A stretch of DNA of 32,000 nucleotides from Nitrosococcus oceani ATCC 19707 (GTDB lineage: Bacteria > Pseudomonadota > Gammaproteobacteria > Nitrosococcales > Nitrosococcaceae): contig NC_007484.1 in NCBI RefSeq assembly GCF_000012805.1, positions 30,001 through 62,000 on the forward strand, read 5' to 3'. A program made the translations under genes and the position numbers. Each line of letters begins with the position of its first letter. The first letter of the stretch is position 1. Below are positions 1-10,130 of this stretch, one piece after another. Below the pieces are notes generated by a model. It had not been told where the DNA came from and searched no databases. It saw only the letters and a program-made list of their open reading frames with translations.

Positions 1-57
1 TACACCCAGAACAAGTCCCAAAGTTATTATTAGTAAATCACGTTTTGAGAAAGGCAT
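1..57 (-). CDS. N-terminus of a membrane/secreted protein; the gene runs off the left edge
   Basis: The minus-strand ATG (complement of cat at 55-57) has an AGGAG 7 nt upstream. It opens MPFSKRDLLIITLGLVLGV, a signal-peptide or TM-like stretch. Only 19 codons are visible. Confidence 0.3.
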   Translation of the reverse strand, partial: MPFSKRDLLIITLGLVLGV

Positions 58-468
58 GTATCGCTCCTGCGAGAAAGCGCTTAATCCAGACAGATAGAGG
101 ATATATTTCGGGAGCTAAATTTATAGCGCCCTCTAGTTTTGAGAATAGCTATTTTGTTTGCTAAAGTTGTATCTAGCATGATGTGTGATGGTCGTTCTAG
201 TAGTCATTTGACCGTTTAAATCAAGATGGTTTCATTAGTCGAGAACGTAATTAATGATTGGGCAATATTCCCTTGGATCTGGGAGTGAACTTCAAGGTAG
301 ATATGTGCCTACCAGCAGCCGTTGCTGCTGCCAGCTCAGGCTATTTTTCTCTAGTATCGTCCTAATCTCCGATTCTCTTAAAAAGCAGCTGGTTATATTC
401 TATAGTAGAGTTATGGCTGCTGCCCACTATATAATAGCTCCTCTGGCTATGAGCAATGTCCGAGAATT

Positions 469-2022
469 CTATGGAGATGATAATTCTATCAGACGATGTT
501 CGCTCATCTCGGGCGGTGGCTTAATATTCATCAGATAAAGCATGGTTGGGGTCACATCCGCAAGGCTACCATTTGCGCTGGCGATAGCAGCTCGCTCGCT
601 GACAAAGATAAAGGGAACCGCATTATGGGTATGGGCCGTGTGAGGTTGCTGATACTGCGCATTGTACATTTTTTCAGCATTACCATGATCAGCGGTAATG
701 ATCAACTCACCACCTGCAGACTGAAGAGCGGCCCATACCCGTCCTAGGCATTGATCAATAGTCTCAATCGCTTTGACCGTAGCGTTAAAATCCCCCGTGT
801 GTCCAACCATATCTGGATTGGCATAATTACAGATAATAACATCATACTTGTCGCTTTCGATTGCTTTTACAATATTATCTGTGACTTCCACCGCACTCAT
901 TTCTGGTTTTTGATCATATGTGTCAACTTGAGGCGAAGGAATAAGAATTCTATCTTCCCCCTCAAACGGCTGTTCCCTTCCTCCGTTGAAGAAAAAGGTA
1001 ACATGAGCATATTTTTCGGTCTCTGCAATTCGTAATTGATGCAGCCCCAATTTAGCGAGTACCTGGCCAAAGGTATTTTGGGGTTTCTCACTTGGGAATG
1101 CCACTGGAATATCAAATTCCTTGCTATATTCCGTGAGGCTTACAAACTGGGCTAATTTTGGCCAGTAGAGACGTTCAAAGCCGGTAAAATCAGGCTCAAT
1201 AAAGGCGCGCGTGATCTGCCGGGCACGGTCGGAGCGGAAATTCATAAATATGATGACATCTCCATCCTTTACTTGTACCGGTGCTTTACCGGAAGGCACT
1301 ATTCGAGTGGCCTGCACAAATTCATCGGTCTCGCCCCGTTCATAGGCCATGGCTAAAGCCTGTTTAGCACTTTCGGCCTCATACTCCGCCTGACCAGTAG
1401 CAATAAGATTATAGGCGGCCTGAATACGGGGCCAGCGATGATCCCGATCCATTCCATAATAACGGCCGATTAGGGAGGCAAAACGACCCTTGCCAAGCTC
1501 GGTAAATTTGGCCTGCATGGCTAGAATAGAGGCTTGGGCGCTCTTGGGAGCAGTGTCCCGGCCATCGAGAAAAGCATGTAAGTAAACTTCCTGGCAGCGA
1601 CGCTTTATTGCCAATTCTACCATGGCGTGAATATGGTCTTCGTGACAGTGAATTCCGCTAGGAGAGAGTAAACCCAAAATATGGATAGCTTTATCTGATT
1701 TAACAGCTCTATCAACAGCCTCGGTGAGCGTGTGGTTAGTAAAAAAAGAGCCCGTACGGAGTGCGCGATTGACTCGGGTATATTCTTGGTAGATGACACG
1801 CCCCGAACCTAAATTAAGATGGCCCACTTCAGAGTTACCCATTTGCTCATTGGGTAAGCCCACTTCAGCGCCAGAGGCGCGGATTATAGTATGGGGATAC
1901 CGATCCCATAGGGTATCCCAGATAGGTGTGTGGGCAGCGTGGATAGCATTAGAAGCCGTTTCTTCGCTATAACCCCATCCATCTAAGATGAGCAAGGCCA
2001 AAGGTCTAGGAGGTGTTGACAT
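469..2022 (-). CDS. gpmI: 2,3-bisphosphoglycerate-independent phosphoglycerate mutase
   Basis: 517-aa ORF. LILDGWGY at the N-terminus, NSEVGHLNLGSGR and C-terminal ITADHGNAE are hallmark iPGM motifs. It lies divergent from the yibN-grxC-secB-gpsA cluster, as in E. coli. Confidence 0.95.
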   Translation of the reverse strand: MSTPPRPLALLILDGWGYSEETASNAIHAAHTPIWDTLWDRYPHTIIRASGAEVGLPNEQMGNSEVGHLNLGSGRVIYQEYTRVNRALRTGSFFTNHTLTEAVDRAVKSDKAIHILGLLSPSGIHCHEDHIHAMVELAIKRRCQEVYLHAFLDGRDTAPKSAQASILAMQAKFTELGKGRFASLIGRYYGMDRDHRWPRIQAAYNLIATGQAEYEAESAKQALAMAYERGETDEFVQATRIVPSGKAPVQVKDGDVIIFMNFRSDRARQITRAFIEPDFTGFERLYWPKLAQFVSLTEYSKEFDIPVAFPSEKPQNTFGQVLAKLGLHQLRIAETEKYAHVTFFFNGGREQPFEGEDRILIPSPQVDTYDQKPEMSAVEVTDNIVKAIESDKYDVIICNYANPDMVGHTGDFNATVKAIETIDQCLGRVWAALQSAGGELIITADHGNAEKMYNAQYQQPHTAHTHNAVPFIFVSERAAIASANGSLADVTPTMLYLMNIKPPPEMSEHRLIELSSP

Positions 2023-2677
2023 AGCGGTTTCTTAAATACACCCTCAAATTTATGGCAAAAAATCCTTAGGTGGCAAATGATACATGGTTTTTTAATATCC
2101 GTGTATAATAGTCGGCTTTGGTAAATCAGCGATTTTGCCCAAATTTCAGGCACACAGGCATATAGAGTATATATAATAGATAGTAACTTACTTGTATGTT
2201 CCAAAGTGATACGCTAGATCCAGGGCGGCTCTACGGACATCGGTCTATTAGTTTTAAAGTTCTGAGGCTACTTTTTATTTTGCCAAAAGAAATCTTAACT
2301 TTGCCGAAGGGAAAAGGGGTTAGCCCGCATTCATGTAACGATGTTCTCGATCTCTTATTTTATCAAAAGCGGTACTAGTATGCCCGGTCGGGTAGGCTGG
2401 TAGGGAGCTAGTGACAGTATCAAGCAAACTCTAAGTGCCCTACAGGCGGTTTTCTTTTCTTAAAATCCTCGCCATTTTTTAAATAATGCAAGGCGTCCAA
2501 TGATAATGTCTGCCTTCTTTTAAGGTTATGCTCATTCCTTGTATTTCAATGATTGAAATGATTAAAGCAGGTTTTTTGCCATCCACGCCCCTGATACGAT
2601 GCGACTACAAAATCTCTTAGAGAATTTGCTGATCATCAAAGTCTGAGTAGCCGATAGTATAAAAACAGGATAATTAA

Positions 2678-3424
2678 ATGGATACCACTCGCCTTTTCGA
2701 ATTTCTTACCAACCACTGGACGTTGTCACTGTTGCTTGTAGTTATTTTGCTTGCATTGGTTATTGATCCACTGCTACGCCGGCTACGCGGGATTAGAATG
2801 GCGTCCGCGGTTGAAATTACGCGATTGATCAATCAGGAAAACGCTCAAGTCGTTGATATCCGGGAAGAGAAGGAATTTGAAAAAGAGCATATTCTTGATT
2901 CTTTGAACGTTCCTTTCTCTAAATTTTTTAAGCGTTTAGACGGTTTGGGAGATTTTAAGGGCCGTCCCTTGGTGGTGATATGGGGGATGGGGCAGCGAGC
3001 ATTGTATGTTGCTGGAAAGCTGAGTCGGCAAGGTCATAAGACTATTTATGTGCTCCATGGTGGAATCGAAGCTTGGAAGCAGGCAAATATGCCTTTGTTT
3101 AGTGGTAGCACTAAAATCAAAGCAAAGGCTCAGACCGAAGCACCTGCTCAAACCGAAGCACCTGCTCAAACCGAAGCACCTGCTCAAACCGAAGCACCTG
3201 CTCAAACCGAAGCACCCGCTCAAACCGAAGCACCCGCTCAAACCGAAGCACCCGCTCAAACCGAAGCACCCGCTCAAACCGAAGCACCCGCTCAAACCGA
3301 AGCACCCGCTCAGACCGATGCACCCGCTTGGACCGAAGCCGGCAATAAGCCTAGAATTAGCAAAAATACTAACGGCAACAAAAAGTCTAAGAGGCGCAAA
3401 AAGGCAAAGACTAGAAGGAGTTAA
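2678..3424 (+). CDS. Membrane-anchored rhodanese-domain protein (YibN-like) with a C-terminal repeat linker and basic tail
   Basis: AGGA sits 7 nt upstream of the ATG. There is an N-terminal TM helix (WTLSLLLVVILLALVI), then a rhodanese fold. The active-site loop reads IWGMGQR with no Cys, so the domain is probably non-catalytic. Its position upstream of grxC-secB-gpsA matches E. coli yibN. The C-terminal ~100 aa are (APAQTE)n plus NKKSKRRKKAKTRRS. Confidence 0.85.
   Translation: MDTTRLFEFLTNHWTLSLLLVVILLALVIDPLLRRLRGIRMASAVEITRLINQENAQVVDIREEKEFEKEHILDSLNVPFSKFFKRLDGLGDFKGRPLVVIWGMGQRALYVAGKLSRQGHKTIYVLHGGIEAWKQANMPLFSGSTKIKAKAQTEAPAQTEAPAQTEAPAQTEAPAQTEAPAQTEAPAQTEAPAQTEAPAQTEAPAQTEAPAQTDAPAWTEAGNKPRISKNTNGNKKSKRRKKAKTRRS
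3131..3328 (+). repeat. Tandem repeat: 11 head-to-tail copies of an 18-bp unit (caRaccgaWgcaccYgct), in frame within the rhodanese gene
   Basis: Unit boundaries counted directly: 3131, 3149, 3167, 3185, 3203, 3221, 3239, 3257, 3275, 3293, 3311. Units 1-4 carry cacctgct and units 5-11 carry cacccgct. A degenerate partial unit follows at 3329. Confidence 0.95.
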
Positions 3425-3427
3425 GCA

Positions 3428-3685
3428 GTGCCAAAAGTTGTCATGTATGCCACCCTATGGTGCCCTTACTGTATTGGGGCCCGGCGCTTGTTGGATAGTA
3501 AGGGAATTGATTATACAGAGATACGCGTTGATCTTGAGCCGGAGCAGCGGGCCGTTATGATTAATAAAAGCCACCGTCGAACGGTACCCCAGATATTTAT
3601 TAATGATCAACCTATTGGTGGCTATGATGAGTTAGCGCAACTAGAACGGGCAAGGGAACTTGATGTCCTACTAGGGCTTGCTTGA
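3428..3685 (+). CDS. grxC: Glutaredoxin 3
   Basis: 85 aa with a GTG start 7 nt after AGGAG. Contains the CPYC active site and the TVPQIFI..GG motif, collinear with E. coli Grx3. Confidence 0.9.
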   Translation: MPKVVMYATLWCPYCIGARRLLDSKGIDYTEIRVDLEPEQRAVMINKSHRRTVPQIFINDQPIGGYDELAQLERARELDVLLGLA

Positions 3686-3750
3686 GATTAGGCAATAAGT
3701 CTGGGGGAGACATTTATTTTAGGTATAAGCTATTTTGATAGGATGGACTA

Positions 3751-4245
3751 ATGGCAGAAGACAGTACAAACCAACAAACCAGCGAGCAAGGCCAGCAAGC
3801 CCAATTCGCTATCCAAAAAATTTATGTTAAAGATCTTTCTTTCGAAACGCCTAATTCTCCTCATATCTTTAACCAGGAACAGGAATGGAAGCCTGAGTTC
3901 AATCTTCAACTTAGTAATAAGAATCAACGTATCGCTGAAAATGTACATGAGGTGGTATTGTCGCTTACTGTGACGGCCAAGCTTGGTGACCAAACGGCCT
4001 TTCTTGTTGAGGTTCACCAAGCAGGTATTTTTATGCTCAATGGTTATGGTGAGGAGAGCCTAGGATCTTTGCTGGGTAGTTATTGTCCTAACATTTTATT
4101 TCCTTTTGCCCGGGAGGTGGTCGCGGATCTAGTGACGAAGGGCGGCTTTCCACCACTACTCTTGGCTCCGGTCAATTTTGATGCACTCTATGCGCAACAG
4201 CAGCAACAGCGTCAATCAGCCGGGGCGGCTGAAGTCCGCCATTAA
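3751..4245 (+). CDS. secB: Protein-export chaperone SecB
   Basis: 164 aa. [36 protein letters not shown] and [10 protein letters not shown] are near-identical to E. coli SecB blocks. Confidence 0.95.
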   Translation: MAEDSTNQQTSEQGQQAQFAIQKIYVKDLSFETPNSPHIFNQEQEWKPEFNLQLSNKNQRIAENVHEVVLSLTVTAKLGDQTAFLVEVHQAGIFMLNGYGEESLGSLLGSYCPNILFPFAREVVADLVTKGGFPPLLLAPVNFDALYAQQQQQRQSAGAAEVRH

Positions 4246-4255
4246 ATTTTAATTA

Positions 4256-5290
4256 ATGGCTCTACCCGTGGCGCTTCAAAATGATAAGGAAAATTTAAGA
4301 ACCTTAGTGGTAGGGGGTGGTTCCTGGGGTACTGCTTTAGCCATTTTGCTAGCTCGTAATCGGGTACCTACTCTACTATGGGCGCGGGATTTGGCACAGG
4401 TGTCCGCCATGATCATTACTCGCCGGAATGATCGTTACTTACCCCAGGTACCTTTTCCTCCCTCTCTAGAACCTATTACTGACTTAGAGGGAGCTTTATC
4501 CCAAACGAAGCAGGTGCTTGTAGCAGTACCAAGCTGTGGTTTTCGGCCAATATTAGAGCGTTTAGCTGGACATTTATCCAGCCACGTTCCTCTAATCTGG
4601 GCAACCAAGGGTTTGGAGCCGGGCACTGGCCGGCTGTTGCATGAGGTGGTGCTGGAACTCTTAGGTTCTGGGTGGCCTATGGCGGTGATGTCAGGGCCTA
4701 CTTTTGCTCATGAAGTAGTTGCAGGGCTGCCCACCGCAGTGACGGTAGCCGCTACCGAATCAGAGATTGCTACCTGTTTTGCCCGCAGCCTTCATGGAGA
4801 TACCTTTCGAGTTTATACTAGCGATGACTTAATCGGTGTGCAATTAGGTGGAGCGGTAAAAAATGTGCTTGCCATTGCCGCTGGCATTAGCGACGGCTTG
4901 GGATTTGGTGCAAATACTCGAGCAGCTTTAATTACCCGTGGGCTTACTGAGTTGGTGCGTTTTGCCCTTGCCTGGGGGGGGCAGAGGGAAACCTTAATGG
5001 GGTTATCAGGATTAGGTGATTTAGTATTGACATGCACTGATGATCAATCTCGTAACCGGCGCCTTGGCCTAGCTTTAGCCCAGGGAAAACGATTGGACGA
5101 AGCTTTAACGCTTATTGGCCAAGCAGTGGAGGGAGCAGCTGCCGCCAAAGTCGTGGTGGCAAGAGCCAAACAACTTGCAGTCGAGATGCCTATTGCAGAG
5201 CAAGTCTACCAGGTATTGTACGCTGGACGGCACCCTCGGCAGGCAGTTGAGGTTCTTTGTCGCCGGGAACAAAAACCTGAATATGCATAA
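4256..5290 (+). CDS. gpsA: NAD(P)H-dependent glycerol-3-phosphate dehydrogenase
   Basis: 344 aa with a GGGSWGTALA Rossmann motif and GAVKNVLAIAAGISDGLGFGANTRAALITRGL. Follows secB as in E. coli. Confidence 0.95.
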   Translation: MALPVALQNDKENLRTLVVGGGSWGTALAILLARNRVPTLLWARDLAQVSAMIITRRNDRYLPQVPFPPSLEPITDLEGALSQTKQVLVAVPSCGFRPILERLAGHLSSHVPLIWATKGLEPGTGRLLHEVVLELLGSGWPMAVMSGPTFAHEVVAGLPTAVTVAATESEIATCFARSLHGDTFRVYTSDDLIGVQLGGAVKNVLAIAAGISDGLGFGANTRAALITRGLTELVRFALAWGGQRETLMGLSGLGDLVLTCTDDQSRNRRLGLALAQGKRLDEALTLIGQAVEGAAAAKVVVARAKQLAVEMPIAEQVYQVLYAGRHPRQAVEVLCRREQKPEYA

Positions 5291-6278
5291 ATGGGATATT
5301 TTCTTAATGAAAAGCGATAATTGCTGCCAATTCTTGTGGTTAAAATTATCTTTTATTTGCTTCCTTATTTTATGCTTAATAGCTTGCGGTGGTGATTCAG
5401 CAATCAAAGAGGAAGCTGGTGGCAGCAAAGAAGGCTCCATTCTTTGGCAGGCAGGCGAGCAATACGTCCGTCTCACCTCCAGCGATGGCGCGGTAGGTAA
5501 TCAGCATCCAGCAGCGGTGACTCCAGAAGAGATGCGTATTGTTCTGGAGTCACTTTTTGTTCCCGAGCGGCGTTTTATCACGAAAAAACTAAACCCTATT
5601 TTTTCGCCAGCAGAGGTTCAAGTACTTAGTACGGCCTTGAGCCAAGGTTTGGCTTTAGCCCGGCCCAATCAAGATATTACCTTTGTGAGTATTGGCACTC
5701 ATCAGGGGACCTTTGCCAAGGTCCGTAAAGCCAATACGGGACGGGTCTTTTTTAGAGATGGTAAGCTCAATATTATTTTTGGGATGCTTCATGATGAAGT
5801 CCGTGACCAGGATCGCCAGACGGGTGAAGAGATTGATCGGCGCTTGCACCCCTTTGTGGTCGGTTCCCGTCTTTTTGAGACGAAGCTTCCTAATGTTATA
5901 GCTTTGGGAGAGGGTAAAGCATTTTACTTAGACCCGGAGAGTGGTGAAGAACGAGAGGATTGGTTAGTGTTAGATATTCCCACTCTCGTTACCAACGCCA
6001 AGGTCGATCCTAATATTCCAGGGGAGCAACAGGTTGATTCGTCACTGGCAGAGAATATTAAGCGCAGTAAGCAGGAGACTCAAAATCTCAAGGAAGATCT
6101 TGTTAAGGTCAAAGAAGTCTTATTTGAGCTTAAGGAAGAGTTGCTAGAGCTCCAGCAGGGAGGTGGTTACGCTACGATTGAGGCGCGCCTTCAATCATTG
6201 AAGAATCTTTATGATAATGAACTCATTAGCAGTGATGAATACCGCGCCAAGCGTCAAGGATTACTGAATGAGTTATAG
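5283..6278 (+). CDS. Putative lipoprotein with a C-terminal SHOCT-like domain
   Basis: The track ORF 5115-6278 overlaps gpsA for 170 nt, so an internal ATG at 5283 or 5307 is more plausible. The signal peptide has a lipobox, LIAC-GG. The C-terminus NLYDNELISSDEYRAKRQGLLNEL resembles SHOCT. Confidence 0.65.
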   Translation: MHKWDIFLMKSDNCCQFLWLKLSFICFLILCLIACGGDSAIKEEAGGSKEGSILWQAGEQYVRLTSSDGAVGNQHPAAVTPEEMRIVLESLFVPERRFITKKLNPIFSPAEVQVLSTALSQGLALARPNQDITFVSIGTHQGTFAKVRKANTGRVFFRDGKLNIIFGMLHDEVRDQDRQTGEEIDRRLHPFVVGSRLFETKLPNVIALGEGKAFYLDPESGEEREDWLVLDIPTLVTNAKVDPNIPGEQQVDSSLAENIKRSKQETQNLKEDLVKVKEVLFELKEELLELQQGGGYATIEARLQSLKNLYDNELISSDEYRAKRQGLLNEL

Positions 6279-7454
6279 GCGGGCCCGCCGATCCCGCAAA
6301 TTAAAACCTAATAGGGGCTGGTTAATTTCCCGGGTTAGGGCGAGGGCCTTAAAAAGTTCACCCATCTCGCTGGGGAGAACAAGGCGCTTGATCTGTTGGC
6401 TGGTTTCCAAAGCCTGCTTCTCCCCTGCTGCGATTTCGGTCGCAGCTAGTTTATCCAAACCGCAGGCCAGCAAGAAATCGGCTTGCGTACAATACCCGGC
6501 CACCCTAAGCCCACTACTATGGCCTGCTTCGGCAAGAGCAGTAAAATCCACATGGGTAGTGATATCTTGTAACCCCGCCATGATTAGTGGATTGGGATGG
6601 GCCTGGTGGCGATAATGGCACATCAGAGTGCCCATCATTCGCTCTGGATGATAGTACTCATGCCGAGGAAAGCCATAGTCAATGATGAGGAGCATCCCCT
6701 TCCGCAATCGATGGGCGATTTCAGTAGTCCAGCCTTCCATAGCTAAATTAATTTCAGATTCGTAGCTATTTACATGTTTAAGAAGCAGGCGTATTTTGGC
6801 AATGCGATCTTTCAGGAGGGGATGACTTAAAGGGCCTTTTTTCCAGACAAACTTGCCTTTCTCGTAGCCTACGTAGCGTTCCCAGTCGTACCCGTTTTCA
6901 AGCTGGAAGCAGTGCGTAGGCATGGCATCGCACACCTCATTAGCTAGAATAAAGCCGTCAATTCTGTCGGGTAGTCGATCTAGCCAACTTACTCTTGAGG
7001 CGAGGAGGGGTACTCGCTGGTAGAGTGTTTCCTGTTGGCGATGACGCAAATCGGCACTAAGTTCCAAGATAAAATACCGTTCCGGTAGATTACCGCTAAG
7101 GTTTAGTTCACTAAGTAAATCCGCAGCTAGGCGGCCTGATCCAGCCCCAAATTCTAAAATATCGCCTGTTCCAAGCAGCTCAAATATCTGCTGACATTGG
7201 CGAGAGATGCAGCGGGCAAAAAGAGGGGATAGCTCCGGAGCGGTAATAAAATCGCCGAAAGTACCTAGCTTATGGAGACCCGCCATGTAATAACCTAAAC
7301 CCGGCGTATAAAGCGCTAGTTCCATAAAGCGAGCAAAGGGGATTTGGCCGCCTGCTTGCTCAATGGTCGTTTGGATCACGTTTTCCAATTTTTGGCTATG
7401 AGCCAAGGCTATCGGCTCAGGGTGGGGAAAAAAATCTTTTTGAACGCGGCGCAT
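6273..7454 (-). CDS. Class I SAM-dependent methyltransferase, MidA/NDUFAF7 (DUF185) family
   Basis: 393 aa. FITAPELSPLFA, ILEFGAGSGRLAADLL (SAM motif I) and ILANEVCDAMP are typical of the family. Confidence 0.8.
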   Translation of the reverse strand: MRRVQKDFFPHPEPIALAHSQKLENVIQTTIEQAGGQIPFARFMELALYTPGLGYYMAGLHKLGTFGDFITAPELSPLFARCISRQCQQIFELLGTGDILEFGAGSGRLAADLLSELNLSGNLPERYFILELSADLRHRQQETLYQRVPLLASRVSWLDRLPDRIDGFILANEVCDAMPTHCFQLENGYDWERYVGYEKGKFVWKKGPLSHPLLKDRIAKIRLLLKHVNSYESEINLAMEGWTTEIAHRLRKGMLLIIDYGFPRHEYYHPERMMGTLMCHYRHQAHPNPLIMAGLQDITTHVDFTALAEAGHSSGLRVAGYCTQADFLLACGLDKLAATEIAAGEKQALETSQQIKRLVLPSEMGELFKALALTREINQPLLGFNLRDRRARL

Positions 7455-7543
7455 AGGTTATGGAGAATAGAGTTACTATTTAGTTTTGTTTGTCTCTAGG
7501 CTTTTTTCTAGGTGGATCGTGAGCCGTCAGGTAGAACAACAGC

Positions 7544-8032
7544 TTATAGCTCTAACTCAACTGGCCATAAACGGTTTAAAGGTTTATCGAACGCAGCCCA
7601 GAGATCAGCATAACGTTTGCTTAGCACGGGGTGAGGTAAGTGGGGCGCAATTTCTGCAAGGGGTTGTAGGACAAAGGCATAATCAAGTGTATCATCCCGT
7701 GGTACTTGGAGACCCGGCTCATCAATCACTAAGTTATCATAAAGCAGAAGATCCAGATCGAGAGCCCGTGGACCAAAGCGGGGACCGTCGCGTTTGCGGC
7801 CACAGGCATGTTCAATCTCGTGGAGCGCACGGGTGATAATTCGAGGCGCTTCATCTGTATCGAATCCAACGACTAAATTGTAAAAATTATCGCCTTGAAA
7901 TCCCACCGCCTCGCTTTCAAATACCCGTGAAATGATAAGGGGTCCATAGCTGCAGCGCAGCGCATTGACTCCAGCACGAATATTATTCTCTCGGTTGATA
8001 TTGCTGCCAATGCTGATATATGCGCGGGCCAT
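7544..8032 (-). CDS. folK: 2-amino-4-hydroxy-6-hydroxymethyldihydropteridine diphosphokinase
   Basis: 162 aa. AYISIGSNI, GPRALDLDLLLY and the LQVPRDD/LxxPHP-type motifs. Lies directly downstream of folB. Confidence 0.9.
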   Translation of the reverse strand: MARAYISIGSNINRENNIRAGVNALRCSYGPLIISRVFESEAVGFQGDNFYNLVVGFDTDEAPRIITRALHEIEHACGRKRDGPRFGPRALDLDLLLYDNLVIDEPGLQVPRDDTLDYAFVLQPLAEIAPHLPHPVLSKRYADLWAAFDKPLNRLWPVELEL

Positions 8033-8037
8033 AATGT

Positions 8038-8415
8038 TCAGGGGTGTGAAGTCATTTCTGGCTCTGGTTGGCGCCGTTCGATAATGATTCCTACCCCTTG
8101 AGCGCCGCGTATGGCACCTTGCTTATCTACTTTAAGACGTAGCCATGAAACGCCAAATTCAGTCAGGATAATCTGTGCCGCCTGTTCCGCCAGTGTTTCC
8201 ACTAATAAAAATTCACTATTGCTGACAAAATTTATTAGCCGTTTAGCAATAGCTTTGTAGTCAAGCGCATCCTCGATATTATCGCTGGCTGCGGCTTTAG
8301 CTACATTCGTAGCCATTTCCAAATCTAGACAGACCGTCTGTTTGATTCGGCGTTCCCAGTCATAAATACCAATGATGGTATCAATACGTAAGTCGTTTAA
8401 ATAAACGATATCCAT
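8038..8415 (-). CDS. folB: Dihydroneopterin aldolase
   Basis: 125 aa. LRIDTIIGIYDWERRIKQ and ALDYKAIAKRL are characteristic FolB blocks. Confidence 0.9.
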   Translation of the reverse strand: MDIVYLNDLRIDTIIGIYDWERRIKQTVCLDLEMATNVAKAAASDNIEDALDYKAIAKRLINFVSNSEFLLVETLAEQAAQIILTEFGVSWLRLKVDKQGAIRGAQGVGIIIERRQPEPEMTSHP

Positions 8416-8532
8416 TGGATTTAATGCTTAAATAGTAGTATAAGCCGATGATACAGAGTATCAATATAATAAGCAGCTTTAGTTTATTAGAGAGCCTTTA
8501 GGGTTTCAGCCAAAAAAGCAGTTAATCATAAC

Positions 8533-9126
8533 ATGTTGACCATTTTAGTTCTGGTGATAGGGGGCTATTTTGTAGGTTCCCTTTCTAGCGCCATTATCGT
8601 GGCACGATTGGCAGGTTTGGGGGATCCACGGACTCAGGGATCGGGAAATCCTGGCGCAACCAATATCTTGCGTTTAGGCAGTAAGCGACTTGCGGGGATA
8701 GTTCTCCTGGGAGATGCGCTGAAGGGTTTTTTGCCTGTATGGCTAGCACAGGAAGTCGGTGCTAATGCCTGGGCGGTCGCGGGTGTAGGATTAGCAGCTT
8801 TTTGGGGCCATCTCTATCCTGTGTTTTTCGGGTTTCGTGGTGGCAAGGGAGTAGCTACCGGGTTGGGAGTTTTGTTAGGATTTTCCTGGTCCCTTGCCCT
8901 AGCAGTGCTAGGAATTTGGTTATCAATATTTTGGTGTTGGCGAATTTCATCTCTTTCGGCATTGTGCGCTGCTATACTTGCTCCTTTTTTGGCTTGGTGG
9001 CTGGTACCGGATTCTGCAATCCGATTCGCTGTTGTCCTTCTAGCAATATTTTTACTCTGGCGTCACCAAGATAATATCCGCCGTTTGCTTAGTGGCCAGG
9101 AAGATCGCGCGAGTAAACAGAATTAA
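8533..9126 (+). CDS. plsY: Glycerol-3-phosphate acyltransferase PlsY
   Basis: 197 aa, polytopic. Contains GSGNPGATN and FRGGKGVAT motifs. Confidence 0.95.
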
Positions 9127-10130
9127 ATTTCCGGCAGCGTATCTAAGGGCCATCTTGCCCGAACGCTAAATCCGGAGCTGGTTTGTTCTCCTGCTAGCAG
9201 GCGCTGACAGCCTGCAAAAGCGATCATTGCCCCGTTATCAGTACAAAAAGCTAATCGCGGGTAATAAACTTGGACATTTTCTTGGGTTCCCATGGCTTTA
9301 AGTCGCTGTCGAAGTGCTTGGTTGGCGCTAACCCCGCCGGCAACGACCAGGCGGTTGAGTCCTGTTTGTTGCAGGGCCCGCCGACATTTGACAGTAAGGG
9401 TGTCTACGACGGCATCTTGAAAGGCCCGGGCAATATCGGCGGCAGCTTCAGAGCCATTTTTATGCAGGGTATTGAGAGCATAGGTTTTTAACCCACTAAA
9501 GCTAAAGTTTAACCCTGGGCGGTCGAGCATAGGGCGCGGGAAATAAAAACGGTCAGGATTTCCCTGTTCAGCAAGTTTAGCCAGGGCGGGTCCCCCTGGA
9601 TACCCGAGTTGAAGCAGCTTCGCCGTCTTATCAAAAGCTTCCCCAACCGCGTCATCCAGGGACTCTCCGAGTATCCGATAAGCGCCGATACGGTTGACCG
9701 TAACCAGCATGGTATGGCCACCGGAAATAAGGAGGGCGCAAAAGGGGAAACCGGGGGGATTGGGTTCTAATAGAGGGGAGAGTAAATGTCCTTCCATGTG
9801 ATGGACAGCGATTGCCGGTTTGCCCAAAGCCCAGGCCAAGCTACGACCCACGGCAGCACCGACTAATAAAGCGCCGATTAACCCTGGACCTCCCGTATAG
9901 GCAACGCCATCAATGTCCTCCTTGTTAAGGCCAGCCTGGTTTAACACCTTGCGAAGCAGAGGCAGTAATTTGCGAATGTGATCTCGAGAGGCTAATTCTG
10001 GAACGACCCCACCGTAGCCTGCATGTAGTTTTGCCTGACTATGGAGGATATCGGCCAATAGTCCCTGTTTACTGTCAAAAACGGCTACCCCTGTTTCATC
10101 GCAGGAAGTTTCTATTCCAAGTACGCGCAC
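9123..10130 (-). CDS. tsaD: tRNA N6-adenosine threonylcarbamoyltransferase
   Basis: 335 aa. [25 protein letters not shown] and [10 protein letters not shown]. Adjacent to rpsU as in E. coli (ygjD). Confidence 0.95.

Noticed and set aside
254-538. Track ORF 254-538(+), and a weak hairpin plus T-run downstream of gpmI (~385-430, minus strand)
   Set aside because: The ORF overlaps the gpmI 3' end and has a low-complexity sequence. The putative terminator has only a 5-bp stem with a ~30-nt loop.
2499-2507. Fur-box-like AATGATAAT upstream of the rhodanese cluster
   Set aside because: Only a 9-nt half matches the 19-bp Fur consensus and the other half does not. This is too weak in AT-rich DNA.
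3131-3328. Possible CRISPR array
   Set aside because: The units are contiguous with no spacers, only 18 bp long, and in frame within a coding sequence.
2936-3560. Track ORFs 2936-3295(-), 3048-3560(+) and 3117-3323(-), encoding repetitive peptides (SGCFGL..., KPKHLL..., ERVLRF...)
   Set aside because: They are alternative-frame or antisense readings of the 18-bp tandem array inside the rhodanese gene. They stay open only because the repeat unit has no stop codon in those frames.
5115-5282. N-terminal extension of the lipoprotein ORF, overlapping gpsA by about 170 nt
   Set aside because: The extension lies in an alternative frame of a strongly supported gpsA. The signal peptide and lipobox begin after the internal ATGs at 5283 and 5307.
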